A stretch of 32,000 nucleotides of DNA from Nostoc punctiforme PCC 73102 (GTDB lineage Bacteria; Cyanobacteriota; Cyanobacteriia; Cyanobacteriales; Nostocaceae). Where the stretch lies: NCBI RefSeq assembly GCF_000020025.1, contig NC_010628.1, forward strand, positions 8,100,001 to 8,132,000. Reading direction: 5' to 3'. The notes under the pieces were generated by a model, which worked only from the letters and a program-made list of their open reading frames with translations, was not told where the DNA came from and made no database searches. Every line of letters begins with the position of its first letter. Position 1 is the first letter of the stretch. This document shows, in pieces, positions 8,252 through 16,421 of the stretch. A program made the translations under genes and the position numbers.

Positions 8252-9928
8252 ATGAACTCTTGTGATAATCAGAATCTGCCAGACAATCAACCATATAAAA
8301 TTTACGAATTTAAAAAAACTAATCAGGAAAAAATCCCTGGTTATTTAGTAGTTAGTACTGCCAAACTGAACGTTGAGACAGAAGAACAGAATTCTAATAG
8401 ATATTTATCATCAGTTGCTAATAAAAAGCTTTTTAATATCAATGATGGACAAGTTGAACCTTCAACCCAAGACATGATTGAGAAAATTGCTAAAACTTTG
8501 GAATCAAGCCCCGAACCAGAAATTATTATAAATATTCATGGATATAGTTCTACACCATCGGATACAGAGACAGGCTGCAAAAAGATTTATGAATACATTA
8601 ATACGGCTATTCAGCAACCAAATAAGTATATTTTTCTCGGATATAGATGGCCATCGGAAAATCCCATAAAAACGGATGAGTCTGGTTCTTTCGGGCAAAA
8701 GCTAATCAACGCACTTTCTTCTCTACCAACTTTACTAGCTATCAATTTAGCTCTGGGGCTAACAATTAGTATATGGTCTGCTATAGCTTTATTGTTCCTA
8801 AATATTTTGAGTAATAGCGCTGTTCACTTTTTCACAGCGATGTTAATTTTATCTGGCATTGTATCTGCAACTATTTTTACATTAATTATTCTCAGATTAT
8901 CTACTTATTTCCGTGATACTTATAGAGCGACTAATTACGGGGTTACAGATTTAGTTGAATTGATTAGACAGCTTGATTATACGGTAAAACTACCTCGAAA
9001 TAAACGGATTAAATTATCTTTTATTAGTCATAGTATGGGATGTTTTGTAGTTACAGATGTAATTCGTATTCTCTCTGATGTTTTTGACGTAAAATCTATT
9101 AATAAAAAACCGGATTCGGATATTGGCAATGTATTTCGATTAGGCAGACTTGTGCTAGTAGCACCTGATATACCTGTAGAAAGTATCTTGCCAGGGCGTG
9201 CTAATTTCCTTCGTTCTTCTTTACGTCGCTGCGAAGAAGCTTATATATTTTGTAATGAGGGAGACTTAGCGTTACGATTTACCTCTACTGCCGCAAATTA
9301 TTTTAGTTTCCCAGCACGAACTCGTATTAGTGGATACAGGCTTGGTAATATAACAGTTAAGCATTTCAATAATAAAAATGATTCAGTGGGTCACACACCC
9401 AGATATGGAGTTGTTAATTTGCACAAGCAAGACTATGGCAAAGGTTACAGACTTGACAACCCTTATAAATATTTAGAAATTCGTTCTTCTAGTAGCGAAC
9501 ATAGAAAACTTGAAGAGATAACTAAAATGTCAGAAGAGTCGGTACAACCCGCAGATTTATTTACATATTTTGACTGTACAGATTATAAAGATGACCGGAT
9601 AGATCAGATCGGAATTGTTAGTTCTGCAATCCAAAAGCCTGCGATAAATTTTGGGAATTACATTCTCCTAACCTTGGCATTTATTCGGAAATCTATTAAC
9701 AATAGAGATCCTCAAGGTATTGATACCCACACAGGCTATTTTGGAGGTGGTTTTAGTCAGAAAGCCATTTACGAATTAGCTTTTTTAGGATTTCAAGGAT
9801 TTTTAGAATCTTTGTCAATTGAAGGAGACGAGCTTGAGCAAATTAGCGTTTTTTCTCAAAGATGCCAAGAAAAGCAAATTCAAGTGATTCTTGCGCCGCA
9901 AATTTATCAACAAAAAACTCAACGTTAG
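8252..9928 (+). CDS. Alpha/beta hydrolase, DUF900-like esterase/lipase fold with an inserted two-helix membrane hairpin
   Basis: 558 aa. Fold markers are IINIHGYSS..YIFLGYRWPSE (DUF900-like N-terminal strands), the nucleophile elbow FISHSMGCF (GxSxG-type), VLVAPDIP (acid residue strand) and GIDTHTGYF (candidate His). Between WPSE and HSMG lie two long hydrophobic segments (LPTLLAINLALGLTISIWSAIALLFL and AVHFFTAMLILSGIVSATIFTLIILRL). The gene is visibly AT-rich: 16/60 G+C in the line starting 8281, against 31/60 in the LOX line starting 4861. Confidence 0.7.
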   Translation: MNSCDNQNLPDNQPYKIYEFKKTNQEKIPGYLVVSTAKLNVETEEQNSNRYLSSVANKKLFNINDGQVEPSTQDMIEKIAKTLESSPEPEIIINIHGYSSTPSDTETGCKKIYEYINTAIQQPNKYIFLGYRWPSENPIKTDESGSFGQKLINALSSLPTLLAINLALGLTISIWSAIALLFLNILSNSAVHFFTAMLILSGIVSATIFTLIILRLSTYFRDTYRATNYGVTDLVELIRQLDYTVKLPRNKRIKLSFISHSMGCFVVTDVIRILSDVFDVKSINKKPDSDIGNVFRLGRLVLVAPDIPVESILPGRANFLRSSLRRCEEAYIFCNEGDLALRFTSTAANYFSFPARTRISGYRLGNITVKHFNNKNDSVGHTPRYGVVNLHKQDYGKGYRLDNPYKYLEIRSSSSEHRKLEEITKMSEESVQPADLFTYFDCTDYKDDRIDQIGIVSSAIQKPAINFGNYILLTLAFIRKSINNRDPQGIDTHTGYFGGGFSQKAIYELAFLGFQGFLESLSIEGDELEQISVFSQRCQEKQIQVILAPQIYQQKTQR

Positions 9929-10058
9929 ACAAGAGATTCCGAAATCATTAGTAATACAGGCTGGACAAACGTGACATCCTCAGTATTCAATCGATAGTAC
10001 CTAACCCTGCGATCATCCTCTAGCGATCGCCACGACTCAGTGGACAGTCCGAGTTGAG

Positions 10059-10183
10059 TCAATACTTTTCGGGTTTTGGGGGAAAGGGCAATGGGGAAAG
10101 GGTTTAAATTGCCCTTTCCCCATTGCCCTTTAACCTTTCACCAGACCAAAAGAGAGATTATTGGGTTTAACCGAAAAGTATTG
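10059..10183. mobile_element. MITE-like element (125 bp) with 13-bp terminal inverted repeats, 9-bp direct flanking duplication and an internal 20-bp-stem hairpin
   Basis: The TIRs are CAATACTTTTCGG (10060-10072) and CCGAAAAGTATTG (10171-10183). The element is flanked by direct copies of CGAGTTGAG (10050-10058 and 10184-10192). The internal perfect hairpin pairs AAAGGGCAATGGGGAAAGGG (10083-10102) with CCCTTTCCCCATTGCCCTTT (10112-10131). Confidence 0.7.
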
Positions 10184-10490
10184 CGAGTTGAGTGAGATAC
10201 TGTCCCAAAATCCACAGAGGAGATTCATCAAGTAGGATGGTCAGTTTGGGAATTCCCTTAACGTAAGATGCATTGCGCTTGGAGAATTCCGCCAAAATCT
10301 GAATCATCGCCTCGTCGCCTTTAATCTCAACCTCAACCATTAGATCGATCAATATGGCTCTCAGTCCCAGTCGATGACGCATAAAACCAATATTAATTCT
10401 TTTGCCATCAGCCCAGATGGGCAGAATCTGCTTAGTACTTGCGGTTTGGACAAAACTATTAAAAGTGTGGGACTGGCTTAAAGACAACAT
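10167..10490 (-). CDS. Hypothetical protein whose last codons and stop are supplied by the MITE (probably truncated or pseudogenised)
   Basis: 107 aa. The C-terminal ..AILFG-stop is encoded by the MITE TIR. It contains ILIDLMVEVEIKGDE, a weak D..ExK nuclease-like pattern, which is not enough for a family call. Confidence 0.4.
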   Translation of the reverse strand: MLSLSQSHTFNSFVQTASTKQILPIWADGKRINIGFMRHRLGLRAILIDLMVEVEIKGDEAMIQILAEFSKRNASYVKGIPKLTILLDESPLWILGQYLTQLAILFG

Positions 10491-10536
10491 AACTAGCTCA
10501 TTGGGCTAGACTGAAGAAAGTTATGAGGACGCAAAT

Positions 10537-12021
10537 ATGACTGACAAAAATCGTTCTCAATGGGACTTAGGCAGGTTTCTCGAAACCCTGACTTACTTTG
10601 AGGTAATTCCTTTCCTTAACTGGGTACAGCAGTTAATCCAAGGCCATCCAAAGGATAATCAAGATAGACCCAATGGAGGGAGAAACGTGGGTGTAATACT
10701 TGTAGCAGGTGCAACAGGTGGTGTAGGTAAACGAGTGGTGCAGCGATCGCTCCAACAGGGTTATAAAGTCCGCGCCCTAGTTCGAGACATTGACAAAGCG
10801 CGGTCAATTTTAGGTAATGATATAGACTTAGTAGTTGCGGATATCACACAACCAGAAACTTTAACTCCTTTAGTTATGGCTGATATCCAAGCTGTAGTTT
10901 GCTGCACAGCAGTGCGCGTGCAACCAGTTGAGGGAGACACAGCCGATAGAGCCAAATATTACCAAGGTGTTAAATTTTACCAACCAGAAATTGTGGGCGA
11001 CACTCCCGAAAATGTAGAATATCAAGGTGTCAAAAACTTAGTCCAAGCGGCCGCAAAATATCTACCCCAAGCAAACGAAAAAATAATATTTGATTTCACC
11101 AAGCCATCAGCAGAATTAAAAGATAACTGGGGGGCGTTGGATGATGTCGTCATGGGTGGCGTGAGTGCCAGTAATATCCAATTAGTAGAAAATACAGCTT
11201 TATTTGCAGGTAATGTATCCACCGCTAACTCTGGCGGATTTGCTTCTGTCAGAACTAAGAATTTTGATCCCCCCTTTAACTTATCTGGTTATGAAGGTGT
11301 GAAATTGCGCGTCAAAGGTGATGGACAACGTTATAAAATCTTCCTAAGAACAGATACAAAATGGGATGGGGTTGGCTATAGCTATTCTTTTGACACAGTA
11401 GCTAATACTTGGATAGATGTTCGCATTCCCTTTGCAGATTTAATTCCCGTCTTTCGGGCAAAAGTTGTCAAAGATGCGCCGCCAATTGAGCAGACTAGAA
11501 TTTGTTCATTCCAATTGATGTTGAGCAAATTTGAATATGATGGGGCTTTGAATCCCAAATTTTCCCCTGGTGGTTTTACTTTGCAATTGGAATCAATTAA
11601 AGCTTACGGCGGTACAACTTTACCACAATTTATCCTAGTCAGTTCAGCAGGTGTAACTCGTCCCGGCCGCCCTGGCATTAATTTAGATGAAGAACCGCCA
11701 GCAGTGAAATTAAATGACCAATTGGGAGGAATTCTAACTTGGAAATTGAAGGGAGAAGATAGTTTAAGAGAAAGCGGAGTTCCTTATACGATTATTAGAC
11801 CTTGTGCTTTAACTGAGGAAGTAGGGGGTAAGGAATTAATATTAGAGCAAGGCGATAATATTAAGGGCAAAATCAGCCGTGAGGATGTGGCAGAACTTTG
11901 CGTGCAAGCGCTAAAAATAGCGAAAGCTTGTAATGTCACCTTTGAGATAAAACAGGCAGATAATACTGTTAACTCTATCGATTGGCAGAAGCTATTTTCT
12001 AATTTAGTAAAGGATAAATAA
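10537..12021 (+). CDS. NAD(P)-binding (NmrA/atypical-SDR-like) protein with an inserted CIA30 (complex I intermediate-associated 30) domain
   Basis: 494 aa. It has the Rossmann motif ILVAGATGGVGKRVV. The central region WGALDDVVMGGVSAS..GGFASVRT..GVKLRVKGDGQRYKIFLRT is typical of CIA30. The NAD(P)-binding fold then resumes (FILVSSAGVTRP..YTIIRPCAL). Confidence 0.72.
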   Translation: MTDKNRSQWDLGRFLETLTYFEVIPFLNWVQQLIQGHPKDNQDRPNGGRNVGVILVAGATGGVGKRVVQRSLQQGYKVRALVRDIDKARSILGNDIDLVVADITQPETLTPLVMADIQAVVCCTAVRVQPVEGDTADRAKYYQGVKFYQPEIVGDTPENVEYQGVKNLVQAAAKYLPQANEKIIFDFTKPSAELKDNWGALDDVVMGGVSASNIQLVENTALFAGNVSTANSGGFASVRTKNFDPPFNLSGYEGVKLRVKGDGQRYKIFLRTDTKWDGVGYSYSFDTVANTWIDVRIPFADLIPVFRAKVVKDAPPIEQTRICSFQLMLSKFEYDGALNPKFSPGGFTLQLESIKAYGGTTLPQFILVSSAGVTRPGRPGINLDEEPPAVKLNDQLGGILTWKLKGEDSLRESGVPYTIIRPCALTEEVGGKELILEQGDNIKGKISREDVAELCVQALKIAKACNVTFEIKQADNTVNSIDWQKLFSNLVKDK

Positions 12022-12084
12022 GTTAAGTGGCTATAGATTTATACTCTATAGCCATACCAACAGATGGTGTCTAAATAGACTGTT

Positions 12085-12432
12085 ATGAAAAAAATCCAAG
12101 TGCTAATAATTGCTGGGATTTTAGCAACAATTATCTGGGGTGGATTATTTGGAAACACTGCTTTATCGCAGCAAGTGGAGTCCCGCATTAGCAATCTGGA
12201 AGCGGACTTTAATCGTGTGGAGTCACGATTAAACCAGATAGAGTCTCAACTCGGTCAAGGTCGCCAATCTCCATCTCGAAGAACGACACTTACCCCACGA
12301 CAGTCAAGTGGTTCCAGAGGAAATTTATCACAGCAAGATCCGATGTTTGATCGCCTGGCAACTTTGGTGGTTGAATTGAAGCAACAAGTCAATAAATTAG
12401 AGGGGCGAGTTTCTAAATTAGAAAATCGCTGA
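12085..12432 (+). CDS. Small secreted coiled-coil protein (hypothetical)
   Basis: 115 aa. There is an N-terminal hydrophobic signal-like segment (MKKIQVLIIAGILATIIWGGLF). Heptad-like repeats follow (SRISNLEADFNRVESRLNQIESQL and NKLEGRVSKLENR). Confidence 0.55.
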   Translation: MKKIQVLIIAGILATIIWGGLFGNTALSQQVESRISNLEADFNRVESRLNQIESQLGQGRQSPSRRTTLTPRQSSGSRGNLSQQDPMFDRLATLVVELKQQVNKLEGRVSKLENR

Positions 12433-12518
12433 GTATTTAAATTATTCTATCTAGTTTTCAGAACTTAACCTTTGCCTTTAAGTAGGTTGGCGCAATTAAA
12501 GCTAACTGGCAAGGGCTG

Positions 12519-12546
12519 TCATTTGTCCTTTGTCATTGGTCATTAG
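12519..12546. repeat. STRR-like heptamer tandem repeat
   Basis: TCATTTG TCCTTTG TCATTGG TCATTAG gives four 7-nt units. This matches the TTGGTCA-type heptamers characteristic of heterocystous cyanobacteria. Confidence 0.6.
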
Positions 12547-12634
12547 TAAGGAATTTAAGACTATTTACGTTCAGTAACATAATTTGGTTTATTTCTACCA
12601 ACTTACTTAACACCTTGTACTGTGATTACATAGT

Positions 12635-12860
12635 TTGACATACTCCCCCGAATTGAATTCGGGGGATTCTAGCTTCAAACAGCAATTGCAGTCATAGACT
12701 GTCTAACATCACCTAAGCCAACAGTCGATGCCCCAACTGCACAAATATTACGACTAGCGTTTTCATCCCTTCCATTAACTGACTGGCAAGACGGACAACG
12801 CCACTCACGAGTATTTAAATCAAGTTTTTCTAAAACATATCCACAATGAGAACAAGTCTT
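12635..12860 (-). ncRNA. Predicted TnpB omega-RNA (reRNA) scaffold overlapping the tnpB 3' end and the IS right end
   Basis: This is by analogy with characterised TnpB systems, where the guide RNA scaffold derives from the tnpB 3' end plus the RE. The 10-bp-stem hairpin at 12645-12665 lies within it. The 5' limit (about 12860) is a guess and no fold was computed. Confidence 0.4.
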
Positions 12861-13850
12861 GCTACTGGGATACCATTGGTCGATAAAAACAACCAATTTG
12901 TTCTTCTTCTTGGCAACCCATTCTAAGATTTGCAGAAATTCCCCAAAGGCTAAATCAGAAACCTTACGACCCAAAAGACGATGCATTCCTTTAAGGTTGA
13001 GTGTTTCAAAACACAGCACATCAAACTTACTGGTTAATTCATGCGCTAATTTCCAAAACCAATCACGCCTTCGGTTAGAAATATCTTCATGCTTGCGTAC
13101 TAAGTTCTTTCTTGCTCGTTCCCGATTGGATGAGCCTTTCACCTTCCTGGAGTGATGACGATTTGCCTTTTTGATAGCATTAAGGGACTGTTTAAAAAAC
13201 TGGGGTGATTCAATTTTGCGAAAAACGCGGTCTTGGGGTTCCCCCAAGAGGAGCGATTTTTCAAGACAAGTACCATCAGAGCAGGTGAGAAACGTCTTAA
13301 GCCCAAAGTCAAAACCCGCTATCTTACTAGTCGTGAATTTAGCTTCTGGTTTACTATCCTCATCAACAAATACAACTATAAACAATTCACCCAATGGTGT
13401 GCGCTTAATGGTTAAGGTTTTGATTGTCCCCTCTATTTGTCTAGATTTCCAAAATTGATAAACTCGATTGCCAATCTTAACTCGATTACCAGCCAGAAAC
13501 TTATAGCCTGCTTGTTTTAAGGTGAACGATTTATATTTTTTGACCTTTTTAAATGCTGGTGGTCTTACTCCTTTATTATAATGTTTAAAAAATAACTGAT
13601 AGGCTTTCTCAATGCGTTGACAGATATCTTGTACTGCTTGAGAACCTACTGATTGCCAAAATTGGTTTTTCTTCCGCAGTTTAGCGATGTGTGACTGAAG
13701 TTTTGCACAATTTAAATGCTTGCCCCACATTCGGTAATAGCGCTTGTGGAGAGCGATTGCGTGATTATATATCACCCCAGACGCATTAATCATGCGTTTG
13801 AGATATCTATTTCTTTTGTGCTGGTATAACTTAAACTTCAGAGTTTTCAT
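12675..13850 (-). CDS. tnpB: TnpB (IS605 OrfB family RNA-guided endonuclease)
   Basis: The maximal ORF runs to 13892 (405 aa), but the likely start is MKTLKFKLY (ATG at 13850-13848), giving 391 aa. RuvC-like residues are present: GFDFGLK (D), CFETLNLKGM (E) and NGRDENASRNI (D). A zinc ribbon is present: CSHCGYV..CPSCQSV. Confidence 0.92.
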   Translation of the reverse strand: MKTLKFKLYQHKRNRYLKRMINASGVIYNHAIALHKRYYRMWGKHLNCAKLQSHIAKLRKKNQFWQSVGSQAVQDICQRIEKAYQLFFKHYNKGVRPPAFKKVKKYKSFTLKQAGYKFLAGNRVKIGNRVYQFWKSRQIEGTIKTLTIKRTPLGELFIVVFVDEDSKPEAKFTTSKIAGFDFGLKTFLTCSDGTCLEKSLLLGEPQDRVFRKIESPQFFKQSLNAIKKANRHHSRKVKGSSNRERARKNLVRKHEDISNRRRDWFWKLAHELTSKFDVLCFETLNLKGMHRLLGRKVSDLAFGEFLQILEWVAKKKNKLVVFIDQWYPSSKTCSHCGYVLEKLDLNTREWRCPSCQSVNGRDENASRNICAVGASTVGLGDVRQSMTAIAV

Positions 13851-13896
13851 GTGGTTATGATACCATCTATTATGTAGATAATCAACACTCATCTAC

Positions 13897-14298
13897 ATGA
13901 AAACTGTATATAATCATTACAATCATGCAATTGGCTTGGCTACTGTTCACTTGGTCTGGATACCGTGTCGGCGCAGAAGAATATTTGCTAACAATGAATC
14001 TTTAAAACTCCGATGCATTGAGATATTTCAGTCTGTTGCCAACGATAATAAATGGATTATCAAAGCCTCAGAAATTGCGCCAGACCATATTCATTTGTTG
14101 GTTGAGTATGACCCACATCACTCAATATCTCAAATAGTCAAGGCATTCAAAGGTCGCTCCAGTAGATACCTGCGACAGGAATTTCCAGAACTAATGAAAC
14201 TTCCTAGTTTGTTGACACATTCGTATATGTTCGACACTACTGGAAAAGTCAGCACTCAGAAAGTCTTAGAATATATCAATGATCCACATCATGGCTGA
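13897..14298 (+). CDS. tnpA: IS200/IS605 family Y1 (HUH) transposase TnpA
   Basis: 133 aa. It has VHLVWIPCRRRRIF, the HUH motif in PDHIHLLVEY, and the catalytic Tyr region LLTHSYMFDTTGKVS. Confidence 0.92.
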   Translation: MKTVYNHYNHAIGLATVHLVWIPCRRRRIFANNESLKLRCIEIFQSVANDNKWIIKASEIAPDHIHLLVEYDPHHSISQIVKAFKGRSSRYLRQEFPELMKLPSLLTHSYMFDTTGKVSTQKVLEYINDPHHG

Positions 14299-14353
14299 AT
14301 AAATTCAGCCTGTTCGCTTATATCTCCCCCATGAATTACGGGGGCTTTACGCT

Positions 14354-15172
14354 TCACGACCCGTAAGCTGGCTTCAATTTCCGTAGGAAGTTAAGCATGG
14401 CTGAAATCACAGTATCTGGCGACTCAATTAAGAAGCCATGACCACCACCTTCGAGAACTACAAGTTCAGCGTTAGGAATGCCTTGAGCAAGTTGCTGGGA
14501 AAACTTTAGGGGAGTGAGAATGTCTTGTTTGCCAACTAGAACTAGGGTAGGACAATGAATTTTTTGAAGGCGATCTGTTGTGTCAAAGTCAAGCATAGCT
14601 TGGCTGTGATGATGGAGTGAATGAGTCGCTGGCGGGAAAGGATATCTGATTGCAAATTCGATCAGACCTTCGATCGTGCCAGGAATCGCGTAGAAGCTAT
14701 CTGTAAATATCCAGGGTAATACGACTTTTTCATAAAGTTTCAGGTCTACATTAGCGCAGAGTTCGCCCCAAGTCTCAATGATACTGTTGAATAATCCATC
14801 ACCCTTTGCCAGTGACGAAAGTAGCATTAGACTTTGCACTTTTTCAGGATGTGCTAATACTAGTTCTTGAGCTATCTGACCTCCCATTGAATGACCCACT
14901 AGATGCACCTTATCGATCGCAAGATGATTGAGCAATGCTGCAACGTCATTAGCCATCTGCTTTAGACTATAGGGGGTTTCGGGAGCAGAACTTCGCCCCA
15001 TACCTCGGTTATCTAAGCGAATAACTTGATACTGCGAAATCAGCGATGGCATAATCAACGACCAATAGGCATGATCGCAAAGAAAGCCAGCTATTAATAG
15101 CAAAGGCTCACCCGTTCCCTTAATGTCGTAGAACAAATCAATCCCGTTAACCTGAAGCTTTGGCATAGTCAA
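14354..15172 (-). CDS. Alpha/beta hydrolase (AB_hydrolase_1 type)
   Basis: 272 aa. It has VHLVGHSMGGQIA (GxSxG), HCPTLVLVGKQDILTP and GGGHGFLIESP (His region). By the inferred IS boundary, the last two codons and the stop fall inside the IS end. Confidence 0.9.
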   Translation of the reverse strand: MTMPKLQVNGIDLFYDIKGTGEPLLLIAGFLCDHAYWSLIMPSLISQYQVIRLDNRGMGRSSAPETPYSLKQMANDVAALLNHLAIDKVHLVGHSMGGQIAQELVLAHPEKVQSLMLLSSLAKGDGLFNSIIETWGELCANVDLKLYEKVVLPWIFTDSFYAIPGTIEGLIEFAIRYPFPPATHSLHHHSQAMLDFDTTDRLQKIHCPTLVLVGKQDILTPLKFSQQLAQGIPNAELVVLEGGGHGFLIESPDTVISAMLNFLRKLKPAYGS

Positions 15173-15220
15173 TAATTCTGCTAAACCCGATCTGAAGCAG
15201 GGATAGATAACGCTACACTC

Positions 15221-15613
15221 CTACGTCTTAAATCTCTCGTCCACCGGAATTTGATAGCCGTTGGCGAGGCGATTGGTCATGTTGGCAGTAGCTGCGATCG
15301 CCATGAGTTCCCCGAACATGGTATCATTCATACCCTTGGCCCGCGCTCCTGCTGTGTGCGAGGCAATACAATACTCACAGCCATTTGTCGCACTCACGGC
15401 GATATAAATTAGTTCTCGCATCAGTGGATCAATTTCACCAGGGCTAGTCATCACTTCTTTCACCGCTTGCCAAGTTCGTTGCAAGGTAGGGGGATGATTA
15501 GCTATGGCTTTCCAAAAGTTATTGATATAGTCATTCTGGCGGGTGACGCGGATATCGTCATATACTGCCCGGATTTCATCGCTGGCTTCTTCGTATTCAA
15601 TCAGCTTAGTCAT
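15221..15613 (-). CDS. Carboxymuconolactone decarboxylase family (AhpD-like) protein
   Basis: 130 aa. It has RELIYIAVSATNGCEYCIASHT with a CxxC motif, typical of the CMD/AhpD fold. Confidence 0.85.
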   Translation of the reverse strand: MTKLIEYEEASDEIRAVYDDIRVTRQNDYINNFWKAIANHPPTLQRTWQAVKEVMTSPGEIDPLMRELIYIAVSATNGCEYCIASHTAGARAKGMNDTMFGELMAIAATANMTNRLANGYQIPVDERFKT

Positions 15614-15638
15614 GTTTCTATGTTTTTACTTCCAAACA

Positions 15639-16202
15639 TTAGCGGTGATGAAATTCGACCTCTCTCTCCAGAATCTTAATATCATAGTTGCCGAAGAAAT
15701 CGTGGCCCAGTAAGCCGATGCTGGCTTTGGGTGCGATCGCTACCTGAAGATTATTGGCTGTAACTCCACCTGCTGCAATAGATTTTACCTTACTGGTTGG
15801 AAATTCTACTTCGCTACCATCGGCAATTTGGGCTTGCATTGTACCTGTAGTCTGGAGTTTAAGTGTATTCGCCATACTTTGAGTAATAATGGTTCCGCTA
15901 GCACCAGTATCTACAATCATTTCAAAGGTTTTTTTGTCATTGAAGGTAACGTCAATCACAGGAGTTCCACCAAAGCGGCGTTTAATTGAGACTCGAAAAA
16001 CTTTATTGTCTGAAGGTGCGACTATAATATTGCTACAAATCCTTCCTAACCCAACGGTTTTACCAGAGGAAGTTACCATGTAACATGCTCCTGGATCGTC
16101 TGCTGTTGCTCGATGAGAGAATGCTAAAAATATCAGCGTCGGCATTAGTGCGATCGCAGCTAGATTAACGGTTATAATCCAAGGCTTCCAAGCATTCTTC
16201 AT
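15639..16202 (-). CDS. Retropepsin-like (clan AA) aspartic protease with N-terminal membrane anchor/signal
   Basis: 187 aa. There is a hydrophobic N-terminus (WIITVNLAAIALMPTLIFLAF). The active-site signature is MIVDTGASGTIIT (DTG), and the C-terminal part reads GLLGHDFFGNYD. Confidence 0.78.
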   Translation of the reverse strand: MKNAWKPWIITVNLAAIALMPTLIFLAFSHRATADDPGACYMVTSSGKTVGLGRICSNIIVAPSDNKVFRVSIKRRFGGTPVIDVTFNDKKTFEMIVDTGASGTIITQSMANTLKLQTTGTMQAQIADGSEVEFPTSKVKSIAAGGVTANNLQVAIAPKASIGLLGHDFFGNYDIKILEREVEFHHR

Positions 16203-16421
16203 ATTATATTGCTCTCCAATTTGTCTGATATTTGTTGATAACTAAATGACTCATAAATACTGCAAAAATTTGTGCCAAAAGCCCAGTTGTTAATCCCAAA
16301 ACACCATGTTTATATAGAGCGATATCGATTATATGCAATATATCTTAACCAGGATAAACTCATCTAATTTGGTATAATATAATAAGCTTGACAAATCAAA
16401 AAAGATAAGAATTAACTTTCA

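Larger units (their letters stand above)
12635..14362 (-). mobile_element. IS200/IS605-family insertion sequence, IS605-type organisation (divergent tnpA and tnpB); boundaries inferred
   Basis: Both ends carry related subterminal hairpins in the same orientation, as expected for this family: CTCCCCCGAATTGAATTCGGGGGATTCTAGCTTCA (12643-12677) and CTCCCCCATGAATTACGGGGGCTTTACGCTTCA (14324-14356). Read on the minus strand, TTAC (14366-14363) lies 18 nt 5' of the tnpA-side hairpin. TCAA (12638-12635) ends 10 nt 3' of the tnpB-side hairpin. This matches the IS608 LE/RE geometry. An extra hairpin GGCTGAAT-aa-ATTCAGCC (14293-14310) overlaps the tnpA stop. Confidence 0.8.

Noticed and set aside
12859-13458. 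Plus-strand ORFs inside tnpB (12859-13155, 13171-13458 and 13233-13415)
   Set aside because: They are antisense to an intact TnpB CDS and have no independent support.
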